Positions 1-11,124 of a stretch of DNA of 64,000 bases are shown one piece after another. A model generated the notes under the pieces. It saw only the letters and a list, made by a program, of their open reading frames with translations, was not told the origin of the DNA and ran no database searches. Origin of the DNA: Mobula hypostoma. Lineage: Eukaryota. A program made the position numbers and the translations under genes. Where the stretch lies: contig NC_086097.1 of assembly GCF_963921235.1 (NCBI RefSeq), forward strand, positions 115,322,001-115,386,000, given 5' to 3'. Every line of letters begins with the position of its first letter. The stretch's first letter is position 1.

Positions 1-1272
1 ATGTCCCCTTGGATCCCATGCCTCCTTACTTTCTCAATAACCCTTGCATCAAGTACCTTGTCAAATGCCTTTCTGAAATCCATATACACTACGTCTACTG
101 CTCTACCTTCATCAAAGTGTTAAGCCACATCCTCAAAAAATTCAATTAGGCTCGTAAGGCACAACTTGCCTTTCACAAAGCCATGCTGACTATTCCTAAT
201 CATATTATGCCTCTCCAAATGTTCATAAATCCTGCCTCTCAGGATCTTCTCCATCAACTTACCAACCACGGAAGTAAGACTCACTGGTCTATAATTTCCA
301 GGGCTATCTTTACTCCCTTTCTTGAATAATAGAACAACATCCGCAACCCTCCAATCCTCGGGAACCTCTCCCGTCCCTATTGATGATGCAAAGATCATCG
401 CCTGAGGCTCAGCAATCTCCTCCCTCGCCTCCTACAGTAGCCTGGGGTACATCTCTAATGGTCCTGATGATTTCAAAAAGCTCCAGCACATCCTCTTTGT
501 TAATGTCTACATGCTCAAGCTTTTCAGTCTGCTGGAAGTCATCCCTACAGTTGCCAAGATCCTTTTCCGTAGTGAATACTGAAGCAAAGTACTCATTAAG
601 TACCTCTGCTATCTCCTCCAGTTCCGTACACACGTTTCAACTGTCACACTTGATTGGTTATATTCTCTTACGTCTTATCCTCTTGCTCTTCACATACTTG
701 TAGAATGCCTTGGGGTTTTCCTTAATCCTGTCCACTAAGGCCATCTCATGGCCCCTACTGGCTCTCCTAATTTCTTTCTTAAACTCCTTCCTGCTAGCCT
801 TATAATCCTCTAGATCTCTATCATTACCTAATTTTTTGAACCTTTCGTAAGCTCTTCTTTTCTGCTTGACAAGATTTACAACAGCCTTTGTACACCGTGG
901 TTCCTGTACCCTACCATCCTTTCCCTGTCGCATTGGAACATACCTATGCAGAACTCCATGCAAGTATCCACTGAACATTTGCCACATTTCTTCCGTACAT
1001 TTCCCTGAGAACATCTGTTCCCAATTTATGCTTCCAAGTTACTGCTTGATAGCCTCGTATTTCCCCTTACTCCAATTAAATGCTTTCCTAACTTGTCTGT
1101 TCCTATCCTTCTCCAATGCTATGGTAAAGGAGATAGAATTGTGATCACTATTTCCAAAATGCTCTCCCACTGAGAGATCTGACACCTGACCAGGTTCATT
1201 TCCCAATACCAGATCAAGTACAGCCTCTCCTCTTGTAGGCTTATCTACATATTGTGTCAAGAAACCTTCCTG
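1..1272 (-). mobile_element. CR1 LINE ORF2 (endonuclease end, linker, RT start), degenerate; left part
   Basis: Minus ORFs with CR1 motifs PEDWRVADV..LFKKG..NYRPVSLTSVVGKLME, SQHGFVKGK.CLT.LIEFFE, ENPKAFYKYVKSKR, LDLVLGNEPGQV..SDHNSISF. Confidence 0.93.
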
Positions 1273-2105
1273 TTTAATTGTCTGTTCTTGAATCAAATTA
1301 TACATACAAGAAACACATATGTTAATTTTTCCTTTTTGAATTAAAATTTCAATTTCATTAGCTTTTGGCAAAAACATTGTTTGACCCAGCTTACCTATTA
1401 AGTAAGCCCTTAACTGAAAGTAACAAAAGAAAGTATTATTAGATATTTTATATTTATCCTTTAATTGTTCAAATGACATCAATATACCTCGCTCAAAACA
1501 ATCTCCTATAAATTTAATCCCTTTTTGGTACCAATTATATAAAACTTGATTGTCCATTGTAAAAGGAATAAGTCTGTTTTGAAACAAAGGTCTCCTTGCT
1601 AATAGAGATTTCTGTATTTCCTTATCAACATTTATCTTATTCCATAGATCAATCAAGTGTGTTAATATAGGAGATTCTTTCTTTTCCCGTATCCATTTAG
1701 ATTCCCATTTATATATAAAATCTTCAGGTTTATTTTCTCCTATCTTGTCTAGTTCTATTTTAATCCATGCTGGTTTTTGATCATCAAAAAAAGATGCAAT
1801 AAATCTAAGTTAATCATTCTTGAATATTTGACGCCCTTATTTACAAAAGAGAGGATGTCATATTTAAATGCTCCGACAAAGAATTTGGTTACTTGGGGAA
1901 AGTAACGAATAATTATACCAAATTTATTTTGAATCCCATGGAGCATGTGGAAACCTTCCAATACCCAGGTGGCTCTTTTTTTTTCTTTCTTTCTTTTAGG
2001 TAGGATTATATATGGGGGAGGGAGGGTTAAGGGGAGGGGGGGGTGGGTAGATTTTATCTTTTCATGTATTCTTTTTGAAAATTTAATAAAAATTATATAA
2101 AAAAA
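1273..2105 (+). mobile_element. 5'-truncated, 5'-inverted L1/Tx1-type LINE inserted in CR1
   Basis: 14-bp TSD AAGAAACCTTCCTG at 1259-1272 and 2106-2119; + strand G-rich 3'UTR, AATAAA and poly(A) at right end; 1273-~1812 encodes L1 ORF2 C-terminal region on the minus strand (WYQKGIKFIGDCF..SFEQLKDKY..FFCYFQLR). Confidence 0.85.
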
Positions 2106-2780
2106 AAGAAACCTTCCTGAACACACCTAACAAACTCCACCCCATCTAAATCTCTCACTCTAGGGACATGCCAATCGTTATTTGGGAAATTAAAATCTCC
2201 CACAACCACAACCCTGTTTTTATTATACCTTTCCAGAATCTGTCTCCCTAACTGCTCCTCGATATCCCTGTTACTATGGGGCAGCCAGTAGAGTTATTGA
2301 CGCCTTCCTGTTCCTAACTTCCACCCACAGAGACTCCACAGACAATCGCTCCTTGTCTTCCTCCTTTTCTGCAGCTGTGACACTATCTCTGATCAACAGT
2401 GCCACACCCCCCACCTCTTTTGCCTCCCTCCCTGCCCTTTCTGAAACATCTAAAGCCTGGCACTTGAAGTAACCGTCCCTGCCCCTGAGCTATCCAAGTC
2501 TCTGTAATGGCCACAACATCATAAAATTAAGTACTGATCCACGCTTTGTTCATAATACTCTTTGCATTAAGATAGACACCTCTCAAACCATCATTCTGAG
2601 AGCTTCCCTTCTCTATCACCTGCTTATCCACCCTCTCGCACTGTCTCCAAGCTTTTTCTATTTGTGATCCAACTGCTCCTTCCTCTGTCTCTTCAGTTCG
2701 GTTCCCACCCCCCAGCATTCCTGGTTTAAACTCTCCCCAAAAGCCTTAGCAAACATCTCCACCAGGATGTTGGTAGCCTG
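2106..2780 (-). mobile_element. CR1 LINE, continuation (endonuclease N-terminus and ORF1 end)
   Basis: Resumes CR1 sequence after the TSD; LRGVYLNAKSIMNK APE-endonuclease start motif in ORF 2527-2718. Confidence 0.85.
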
Positions 2781-2874
2781 AACGGTGTCTACATTTCTGC
2801 AACTCCTTGTGTTTTTGGACAGAGCAGTAGCCAGACCAAGACAGGAGTTTAAGAAGTTTAGTATAAGCCATTAT

Positions 2875-3170
2875 GTGGGAACCTCGAGAGGATTGGAGTT
2901 ATGTGTGCCTCAATAACCTGGCGAGCTGCGTTAGTTGGAGTGAGGTCCTTGGGCTTTGGTTCTTGGTAGCATCACCCATGCTAAACAGGTCAAAGAGTAA
3001 AGGCCAAGGTAGGAGTGATCCACTGGTCCTCCACTTTGGAGGTTCAGCTCAGGGCTAGCAACTCTGACTGGCTAAGAAAAATTGTAACTGAAACAGCAAT
3101 GAAGAATCCTTAAAAGACCTTCATTGCTGCCCAAAACTCTGGCGGCATAACGGGCAGCAAGTGGTATGTG
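2875..3170 (+). mobile_element. Degenerate RTE-like 5' region
   Basis: Nucleotide resemblance to RTE-type 5' ends (ggtcctccac..gggctagcaactctgactgg..aaaattgt..gaaacagc); recalled similarity only. Confidence 0.3.
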
Positions 3171-3584
3171 GAAAGTAATGTTCTTGAAGGTTGTAGACAG
3201 GTTGGCCTGTCTGGAGGTAAAGGCCTGAAGTTTGAAATCTCTGGGACGGCTTGTCCAAAATCAGATGAACGACCTGCGAGTCTGTAAATCTGTACCAGTG
3301 ACTGGAGGTTGGAGGCTGATGTGAGTCTGAGAGTTCAGAACCAATAACATATGCCAAAGCGACTGTTTCTGTGTTGTATTTTTTTATAATTCTATGACTG
3401 GAGGCAGTCTGTCCTGAGATTGGAGGCCTGTCTGTCTGTGAGAGTGGGTGGGTGGGTGGGACAGTAAGAAATTGGCTGTTTTGTTTTGTTGTTGCTTCTC
3501 TTGTGTTGTTCTGCCCCAGCATATCCTCAGGTGTATTGGCTGTTAATGCAAATTACACATTTCTCCAACCAATCTCCCCCCACC

Positions 3585-3868
3585 CAGAGATAACTCCTAA
3601 CCTACTGAATTCTTCAAACATTTCTGTTTCCAGGATTTCCAGGAGCTTCAGCTATTTTGCTTCAGCATCATTTAAGGTGACGAGTTTATCAACAGCCCAT
3701 TCTATTCCTTATTCCTCAGACTCAGAAGGTCAAGATGGTGCTAGTAATATATGCCGATGTTTTGCAGGCAGCTGGAAAAACTACTAGATTTATTTCTTCT
3801 GAAGTACTATGGTTGGAATGCGCAACCTATAATTTCCCATTAAGAGATGCACTCTTGAATCATCTAAA
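3585..3868 (+). repeat. Local direct duplication, copy 1
   Basis: Colinear match to 4761-5012 with substitutions and two small indels. Confidence 0.9.
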
Positions 3869-4114
3869 GCCCTCTTGTCTTCAGATCAAGGAAAAAAATT
3901 CCCCTAATTCTCATCTTCCTTCCCAGCGGCCTCCACATACAACAGATCATCTTCAGTTATTTCTTTTTTCCATCTTCTCTCCCTCTTTTCCTTTCAAAAT
4001 TCTGTATAAAATTTTCTCAAGCTCCACACTTCATCTCCATCAACGACTTCCCTTTTTTAGTATTTTCCAGGCAAACATAGGTATATTGAAACTGCCGTTT
4101 TACCTCTTTTCTTC

Positions 4115-4245
4115 TTACGATCCAGGGACCCGGAAAGTCCTTCTGGATGAAGTGGCAACTTCCTTACACACTTTCCAATTTAGCATATTGTACTTGGTTG
4201 TCATGATGGGGTTTCGTCTACATTGAAAAATGGGTAAGCAGATCT
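4115..4245 (+). mobile_element. Highly degenerate Penelope GIY-YIG remnant
   Basis: Resembles the reverse complement of the GIY-YIG region at 10480-10590 (atccagggacc..tccttc..gtctacattg). Confidence 0.45.
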
Positions 4246-4760
4246 CTCTCTCTCTCCACTCCCTCTCCCCCCCTTTTTCCTCCCCCCTTCTCCATTGATA
4301 TACATCAAACATGTAATGGTGGAGCTCATGGTATTGTGCCAACCTTTTAACCTACTCTAATATCAATCTAAAACTTCCCTTCTACATAGCTCTATATTTT
4401 CTATCAATCGTGTGCCTATCTGAAAGACTCTTAATTGTCCCTAATGTATCCGCTTCTGTTTCAACCCCTGACAGGGTATTCCATGCATCTGTCATTCTCT
4501 GACATCCGACCTATCCATGATAATGACGCTGTATCTTTTTGTCTCAATTTGTTTTTATTCTATTAATGCTATTTTTTTACCATAATTATTAGCTTATCAA
4601 CTTTGGTTTTCATTCTGTACAGATGGACTTTCTATCTTCTGCACCATCCCATTCTTTGCTGATTAAAGCAAGTTTAACTTCACAATTTTCCAGTTCATCT
4701 GTATTCTTCTCAACCTGAAATATTAAATATGAATTCCAACTGACATCCCCCACCCCCACT

Positions 4761-5012
4761 CAGAGATGCCTCCTAACCTGCTGAATACTTTAAACATTTC
4801 TGTTTCCAGCAGCTTCAGCTATTTTGCTGCAGCATCATTTCAGGTGATGAGTTCATCAACAGCACATTCTATTCCTTAGATGGTGCTCGTAATATATGCT
4901 GATGCTTTGCAGGCAGCTGTAAAAACTATTAGATTTATTTCTTCTGAAGTACTATGGTCGGAATGCGCAACCTGTAATTTCCCATTGAGAGATGTATTTT
5001 GAATCATCTAAA
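4761..5012 (+). repeat. Local direct duplication, copy 2
   Basis: Matches 3585-3868. Confidence 0.9.
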
Positions 5013-6112
5013 TGCACTGGCAGTTTTACAATCTCCTGAAAGATTCGGCAAACATAACTCTCAGGAATCATTGAAGAGGACGAAGGAAGAAAGGGCACCA
5101 GAGCGGACTTCAGTCTAGACTAAAGCACTGGAGAGAGTGTCTACCTCTGTCTACCATATTGTTGCCTAATGTACAGTCAGTGGAGAACAAAGTAGAGAAC
5201 CTAAGTGCAAGAATGCTGCATCAGAGAGAGATGAGGGATTGCTAAGTCTGTGTTTCACTAAGACACGGCTCACCCCAACACGCTGTACATGCCGCTCCTG
5301 CCCAAGGGATTCCTACCCTAACATCTTTCACATCCTTGCTGGGAACTTAAAACAAGTTAGCTGAAGGAATGACTGCCCAATTACCACTAGCACATCATCT
5401 GCAGCACCAGAGGGCTCAATATATTCATGCACTACCACACTACCAACAAGAATGCCAACTGTTCCATTTGGAAAATCAGATCATCTGGCTGTCTCCCCCA
5501 AACTGTATACAGGCAGAAGCTAAAGATCAAGGCACAAGAGCTAATGACCACAAAGAGATAGTTACAGGAGACAGATGAGTGGCTAGGGGATTACTTTCAG
5601 TCAGTGGACTGGGCCGTGTTCAAGAGCTCATCAGAGGACCTGAATAAATACGGCACTGTTAGCACAAACTTTATAGAAACACCTTTGGATGAGCGTATCT
5701 CCACAAAATCATACAGTGTTTTCGCTAACCAAAAGCACTGGATGAACTGAGATCTGCAATCTCCCAAAGGGTAAATCAATAGCATTCAGGATTGGTGACT
5801 CAGGAAAGTGAAAAACCTTTGGAAAACCATCTCATATGCAAGTTGCAATTCTGTACCAAACTTGAATCACAGAAGGGTACTCCGCAGTTATGGCAGGGAT
5901 TGAATGACATCACCTCCTGCAAAGTCGTTGCTTGCATATGAGCTCAATTAATTTTATGCTCACTTTGACTGACATAACATGGAGACAATTTCACAAACTT
6001 ACACAGCCCCTGAAGACAGTGTGATCTCGGTATTTGAGACCAACATGAGAGCATATTTCAGGAGGGTGGACCCTCTGAAACCATCAGGCCCCGGTGGTAC
6101 AACTGGCTGAGT

Positions 6113-6842
6113 AACACACACAAAATGCTGGTGAACTCAGCAGGCCAGGCAGCATCTACAGAAAGAGGTATGGGTGACATTTCGGGCCGAGACCCTTCGT
6201 CAGAACCAACTGAAAGAAGAGATAGTAAGAGATTTGAAAGTGGGAGGGGGAGGGGGAGATCCAAAATGATAGGGGAAGACAGTAGGGCGGGGGAGGGATG
6301 GAGCTAAGAGCTGGCAAGTTGATTGGCAAAAGGGATGCAAGGCTAGAGAAGGGGGAAGGTCATGGGACGGGAGGCCTAGGGAGAAAGAAAGAGGGAGGGG
6401 AGCACCAGAGGAAGATATAGTGAGAGGGACAGAGGGAGAAAAAAGAGAGAGAAAGAAAGGGGGGGGGTGGAGGAAGAGAATAAATAAATAAATAAATAAG
6501 GGATGGGGTACGAAGGGGAGGTGGGGCATTAACGGAAGTTAGAGAAGGCAATATTCATGCCATCAGGTTGGAGGCTAACCAGTCGGAATCTAAGGTGTCA
6601 TTCCTGCATCCTGAGTATAGCTTCATCTTTACAGTAGAGGAGGCTGTGGATAGACATATCAGAGTGGGAATGGGACGTGGAATTAAAATGTGTGGCCACT
6701 GGGAGATCCTGCTTTCTCTGGTGGACAGAGCATAGGTGTTCAGCAAAACGGTCTCCCAGTCTGCGTCGGGTTCTCGCCAATATATAGAAGACCGCATCGG
6801 GAGCACCGGACACAGTATATCACCCCAGCCGACTCACAGGTG
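6113..6842 (-). mobile_element. Penelope-like element, 5'-truncated (GIY-YIG end plus pLTR)
   Basis: TRRRLGDRFAEHLCSVHQRKQDLPVATHFNS..HSHSDMS in ORF 6598-6813; pyrimidine-rich 3' region and hammerhead motif. Confidence 0.88.
6174..6206 (-). ncRNA. Minimal hammerhead ribozyme motif in Penelope pLTR
   Basis: Minus strand CTGACGA-agggtctcggccc-GAAAT-GTC: CUGANGA and GAAA boxes, short helix II, GUC cleavage triplet. Confidence 0.65.
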
Positions 6843-7796
6843 CTCATCAACTGGTTGGAGGTTTTACTGATATTTTTAACATCTCGCTTTGGCTCTCTGA
6901 TGAACCCACCTGCTTCAAGCAGGTTTCAATTATACTAGTGTCCAAGTGCTAACCTGCCCCAGTGATTATCGTTCAACAGCATTTATATCTACTCTAGTGA
7001 AGTACTTTTAGAGGTTGGTCATGAAACTTTTCAACTCCTGAGGAGTGACTTGGATCTGCTCCAATTTGCCAACCACCACAGCGGGTCAACAGAAGATGCC
7101 ATTTCTTTGGCTCGTCACTCAGCTCTGAGACATCTGGCAAGTGAAGATGGATACATCAGGATGTTCTTCATTAACTACAGTTCAGCATTCCACAAAATCC
7201 TTGTGCAATTGGATCCTAGGTTTACTCATTTGCAGAACTCCAATCAGTCTGTATTGGCAACAACATCTCCTCCAGAATCTCCATCAGCACAGTTGCATCT
7301 TAAGGCTGTGAGCCTGGCTCTCTGCTCTACTTGCTTTATACTCATGACTGTCAGGCTAAGCACAGCTCCAATGTCATACTTAAGTTTGCTGATGACACCA
7401 CTGTCCTTCGCCAAATGAAAGTTGATGATGGGTGAAATTCTGGTTGATTGGTGACAACCCAACAACTACTCACTCAGCTTCAGCAAAACCAAAGAGTTAA
7501 TTACTGTCGGCATGAGGAAGAAATCAAAGGTCCATCAGCCAGACCTTATTGAGGGATCAGAGGTGGAAATAGTCCATAACTTTTAATTCCTAGGCATTAT
7601 CACATCAAAGGACCTGTCCTGGGACAAGCACATAAGTATCATTACAAAAGAGGCATGACAGCACCTCTACTTTGTTAGGCATTTGCACAGACATGATATG
7701 TCATCTAAACTTTTAAAAACTTCTATGGATGCACAATGGAGAGTATTCTGACTGGTTGCATCACATCTTCGTATGGAAACACTAATACGCAAGAAT

Positions 7797-8104
7797 ATTA
7801 TATATAGGCATCCATTAGTCTCGTGAGACCATGGATTTGTGCCTTGGAAGGTTTCCAGGGCGCAGGCCTGGGCAAGGTTACATGGAAGACCAGCAGTTGC
7901 CCATGCAGAAAGTCTCCCCTCTCCACGCCACTGATCTTGTCCAAGGAAAGGGCACTAGGGCCTATACAGCTTGGCACCGGTGTCGTTGCAGAGCAATGTG
8001 TGGTTAAAGTGCCTTGCTCAAGGACACAACACGCTGCCTCAGCTGAGGCTTGAACTAACGACCTTCAGATCACTAGACCGACGCCTTAACCACTTGGCCA
8101 CGTG
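7797..8104 (-). mobile_element. tRNA-derived SINE with CORE-like central domain and RTE-like tail
   Basis: Minus: tggccaagtggttaagg (A box), gttcaagcc (B box), gtgtccttgagcaaggcactt (CORE-like); flanking duplication GCAAGAAT at 7789-7796 and 8104-8111. Confidence 0.8.
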
Positions 8105-9029
8105 CAAGAATGGAAAACCCTATAAAATGTGGTGGATCCAGCCCAGCCTGTCATATTGAGTACCAGTCTCCTCACTATTGAGTAAATCTATAAGGAGCCA
8201 AGAACAAGAAGGGAGCATCTAACATCAAGGACTCTCCACCATCCAGGCCATGCTCTCTTCTTGCTGCTGCCCTCAAGAAGGAGGAACACCTCTTTCCACA
8301 CCACCAGTTTCAGGAACAGTTACCACCATTCAACCATCTTCACTCACCTGAACTATGAACTCATTCTACAGCCCAGAGACTCACTTTCAAAGACTTGACA
8401 GCTCATGTTCTCAGTATTACTGATTTACTTATTTATTATTACTATTATTACTGTTTGTTTTATTTTGCTTTTGCACATATTGTCTCCTTTTGCACATTGG
8501 TTGTTCGTCAGTCTTTCTTTGTGTGTGGTTTTTCATTGATGATATTGTATTTCTCTGTTCCTCTGTAAATGCCTGCAAGAAAATGAATGTCAGTGTAGTG
8601 TACGGTGACGTACATGTACTTTGATAATAAATTTTTAACTTTGATAATAGAGGTCATTTAGTTAAGTGTTGATTTCTTTGATTACTAATTCATTTGTTCC
8701 CAAAAATTCAAACCAATTCTATCTCATCTAAGCTTCTAGCACCAAGGGAATACCGGTCATTATTGCAAAAATGAATGTCACTCATTACAACTATCTTGTT
8801 GCCTTTACACCTTTTCCTTATTTGCTGACATATGTGCTCTTCTTTTCCTGCTGGCTGTTTGGCCTGTGCTATAACTCCTTCAACATGATAGTATTTTTGT
8901 TATTCCTGAGCTCTACCAACATTACCTCAATCAAAAAGCCCTGCAGATGTCCTCACCAAATGCCACTGTGATATTCTCCCTGATCTGCAATGCAAATCCA
9001 CCTTTCTTGACCTTATCTGAGATCCCACC

Positions 9030-9170
9030 AGAAGGATCAGGGTTTGATGCTCACCACTCACTGTCGGTAGGAGTTTCTATGTTCTCCCAGTGACCATGGG
9101 GGTTTCTTCCAGGTGTTCCAGCTTCCTCCCTCAAATTCCAAAGACATATGGTTAGGTTGGTAAGCTGTGG
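9030..9170 (+). mobile_element. V-SINE (HE1-like) fragment
   Basis: ggagtttctatgttctcccagtg..gggtttcttccaggtgttccagcttcctccc..ccaaagacat V-domain. Confidence 0.65.
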
Positions 9171-9887
9171 AACTGCTATCAATTTCAAGTTTATAGTCAT
9201 TTCAACAACATACATGTACACCGCGAAACAAAACAACGTTCCTCCAGACCAAAGAGCACAACACAGTATACTTAACTCACACACGGCACATAAAGTAAAA
9301 TTACCACAAATAAATTAACAAATAATGTGTGTTTATGATACGCTAAAAAAGTAAATAGTATAATGCTACTGGCGTTTCATACGTGGTGAGACCTGGCGGG
9401 TGGTAGGGAGTTTAGTAGTCTCATGGCCTCGGGGAAAAAGCCTTTTCCCATCCTAATAGTCCTTGTCCTAATAATAGACCGTGAGACCATAAGATATAGG
9501 AGCAGAATTAGGCCATTTGGCCCATTGAGTCTGCTCTGCCATTTCATCACAGCCGATCCAATTTTCCTCTTGGCCTCAATCTCCTGTCTTCTCTCCATGT
9601 CTCTTCATGCCCTGATGAGTTAAAGACTTGGCATCCACAGCTGCCCGTGGCAAAGAATTCCACAGTCAACACTCTCTCGCTAAAGAAATTACTCCTGATG
9701 TCCATTCTAAAAGGAGGCCCCTCTATTCTGAGGCTTTATTCTTTGGTCTTAGACTCTCCCACCATAGGAAACATCCTTTCCACATCCACTCTATCAAGGT
9801 CTTTTACCATTCAATAGGTTTCAATAAGGCCAACCCTCATTCTACTGAATTCCAGTGAATACAGGCCCAGAGCCATCAATTGTTCTT

Positions 9888-11124
9888 CTCACAACACGCT
9901 GGAGGAACTCAGCAGGTCAGGCAGCATCTGTGGAAACGATGAGTCGATGTTTCAGGCCGGAACCCTTCATCAGGACTGTAGAGGGAAGGGGCAGAGGCCC
10001 TATAAAGAAGGTGGGGGGAGGGTGGGAAGGAGAAGGCTGGTAGGTTCCAGGTGAAAAACCAGTAAGGGGAAAGATAAAGGGGTAGGGGAGGGGAAGCAGG
10101 GAGGTGATAGGCAGGAAAGATGAAGAAGGAATAGGGGAAAACACAATGGGTAGTAGAAGGAGGCGGAACCATGAGGGAGGTGATGGGCAGCTGGGGGAGG
10201 GGGCAGAGTGAAATAGGGATAGAGGAAGAGAGGAGAAGGGAATTACTGGAAGTTGGAGAATTCTTTGTTCATATCAAGGGGCTGGAGACTACGGTATATG
10301 AGGTGTTGCTCCTCCAACCTGAGTTTGGCCTCATCATGGCAGTAGAGGAGGCCATGTATGGACATATCTGAATAGGAATGGGAAGTAGAGTTGAAATGGG
10401 TGGCTATTGGGAGATCCTGTCTGTTGTGGCAGACGGAGTGGAGGTACTCGACGAAGCGGTCCCCCAATCTGCGTCTGGTTTCACCGATGTAGAGGAGGCC
10501 ACACCGGGAGCACCGGATGCAATAGATGACCCCAACAGACTCACAAGTGAAGTGTTCCCTCACCTGGAAGGACTGTTTGGGGCCCTGAATTGTGGCAAGA
10601 GAGGAGGTGTAGGGACAGGTGTAGCACTTACGCTGACAGGGATAAGTACCGGGTGGGAGATCTGTGGGGAGGGACGTGTGGATCAGGGAGGCACAGAGGG
10701 ACCGATCCCTGCGAAAAGCAGAGAGGGGTGGAGAGGGAAAGATGTGCTTAGTAGTGGGGTCCTGTTGAAGGTGGCGGAAGTTGCGGAGGATAATGTGCTG
10801 GATCCGGAGGCTGGTGGGGTGGTAGGTGAGGACAAGGGGAACTCTGTCCCTGTTGTGCTGGCGGGAGGATGGGGTGAGGGCCGAAGTGCAGGAAATGGAG
10901 GAGATGCGGGTGAAGGCATCACTGATGACGGCAGAAGGGAAACCACAATCCTTAAAGAAAGAGGGCATTTGAGACGTCCTGGAATGGAAAGCCTCATCCT
11001 GGGAGCAGACGCGGCAGAGACGGAGGAACTGGGAATAGGGAATGGCATTTTTGCATGTGGCGGGGTGGGAAGAGGTGTAGTCGAGGTAGTTATGAGAATC
11101 AGTGGGCTTGTAGAAGATGTCAGT
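9888..11124 (-). mobile_element. Penelope-like element: RT thumb, linker, GIY-YIG endonuclease and pLTR
   Basis: TDIFYKPTDSHNYLDYTSSHP..IPYSQFLRLCRVCS, PLVLTYHP, GVIYCIRCSRCGLLYIGETRRRLGDRF in ORF 10243-11208. Confidence 0.93.
9941..9978 (-). ncRNA. Minimal hammerhead ribozyme motif in Penelope pLTR
   Basis: Minus strand cagtc-CTGATGA-agggttccggcct-GAAAC-atc-gactc; helix I gtc/gac, helix II agg/cct. Confidence 0.65.

Larger units (their letters stand above)
5040..8645 (+). mobile_element. Old Rex1/Babar LINE, degenerate, interrupted by a Penelope element and a SINE
   Basis: DLLQFA..STEDAISLA.HSAL.HL...YIRMFFINYSSAF in ORF 7050-7418; aagtttgctgatgacacc (KFADDT); 3' tail gtactttgataataaa..ttaactttg. 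Confidence 0.8.

Noticed and set aside
1039..1656. 205-aa ORF
   Set aside because: Read-through from the inverted L1 piece into CR1 endonuclease across the TSD
3735..4226. 163-aa ORF
   Set aside because: Spans the duplicated segment and decayed repeat; low-complexity, no motifs
8020..8104. tRNA gene
   Set aside because: It is the tRNA-like head of a SINE, continuous with core and tail
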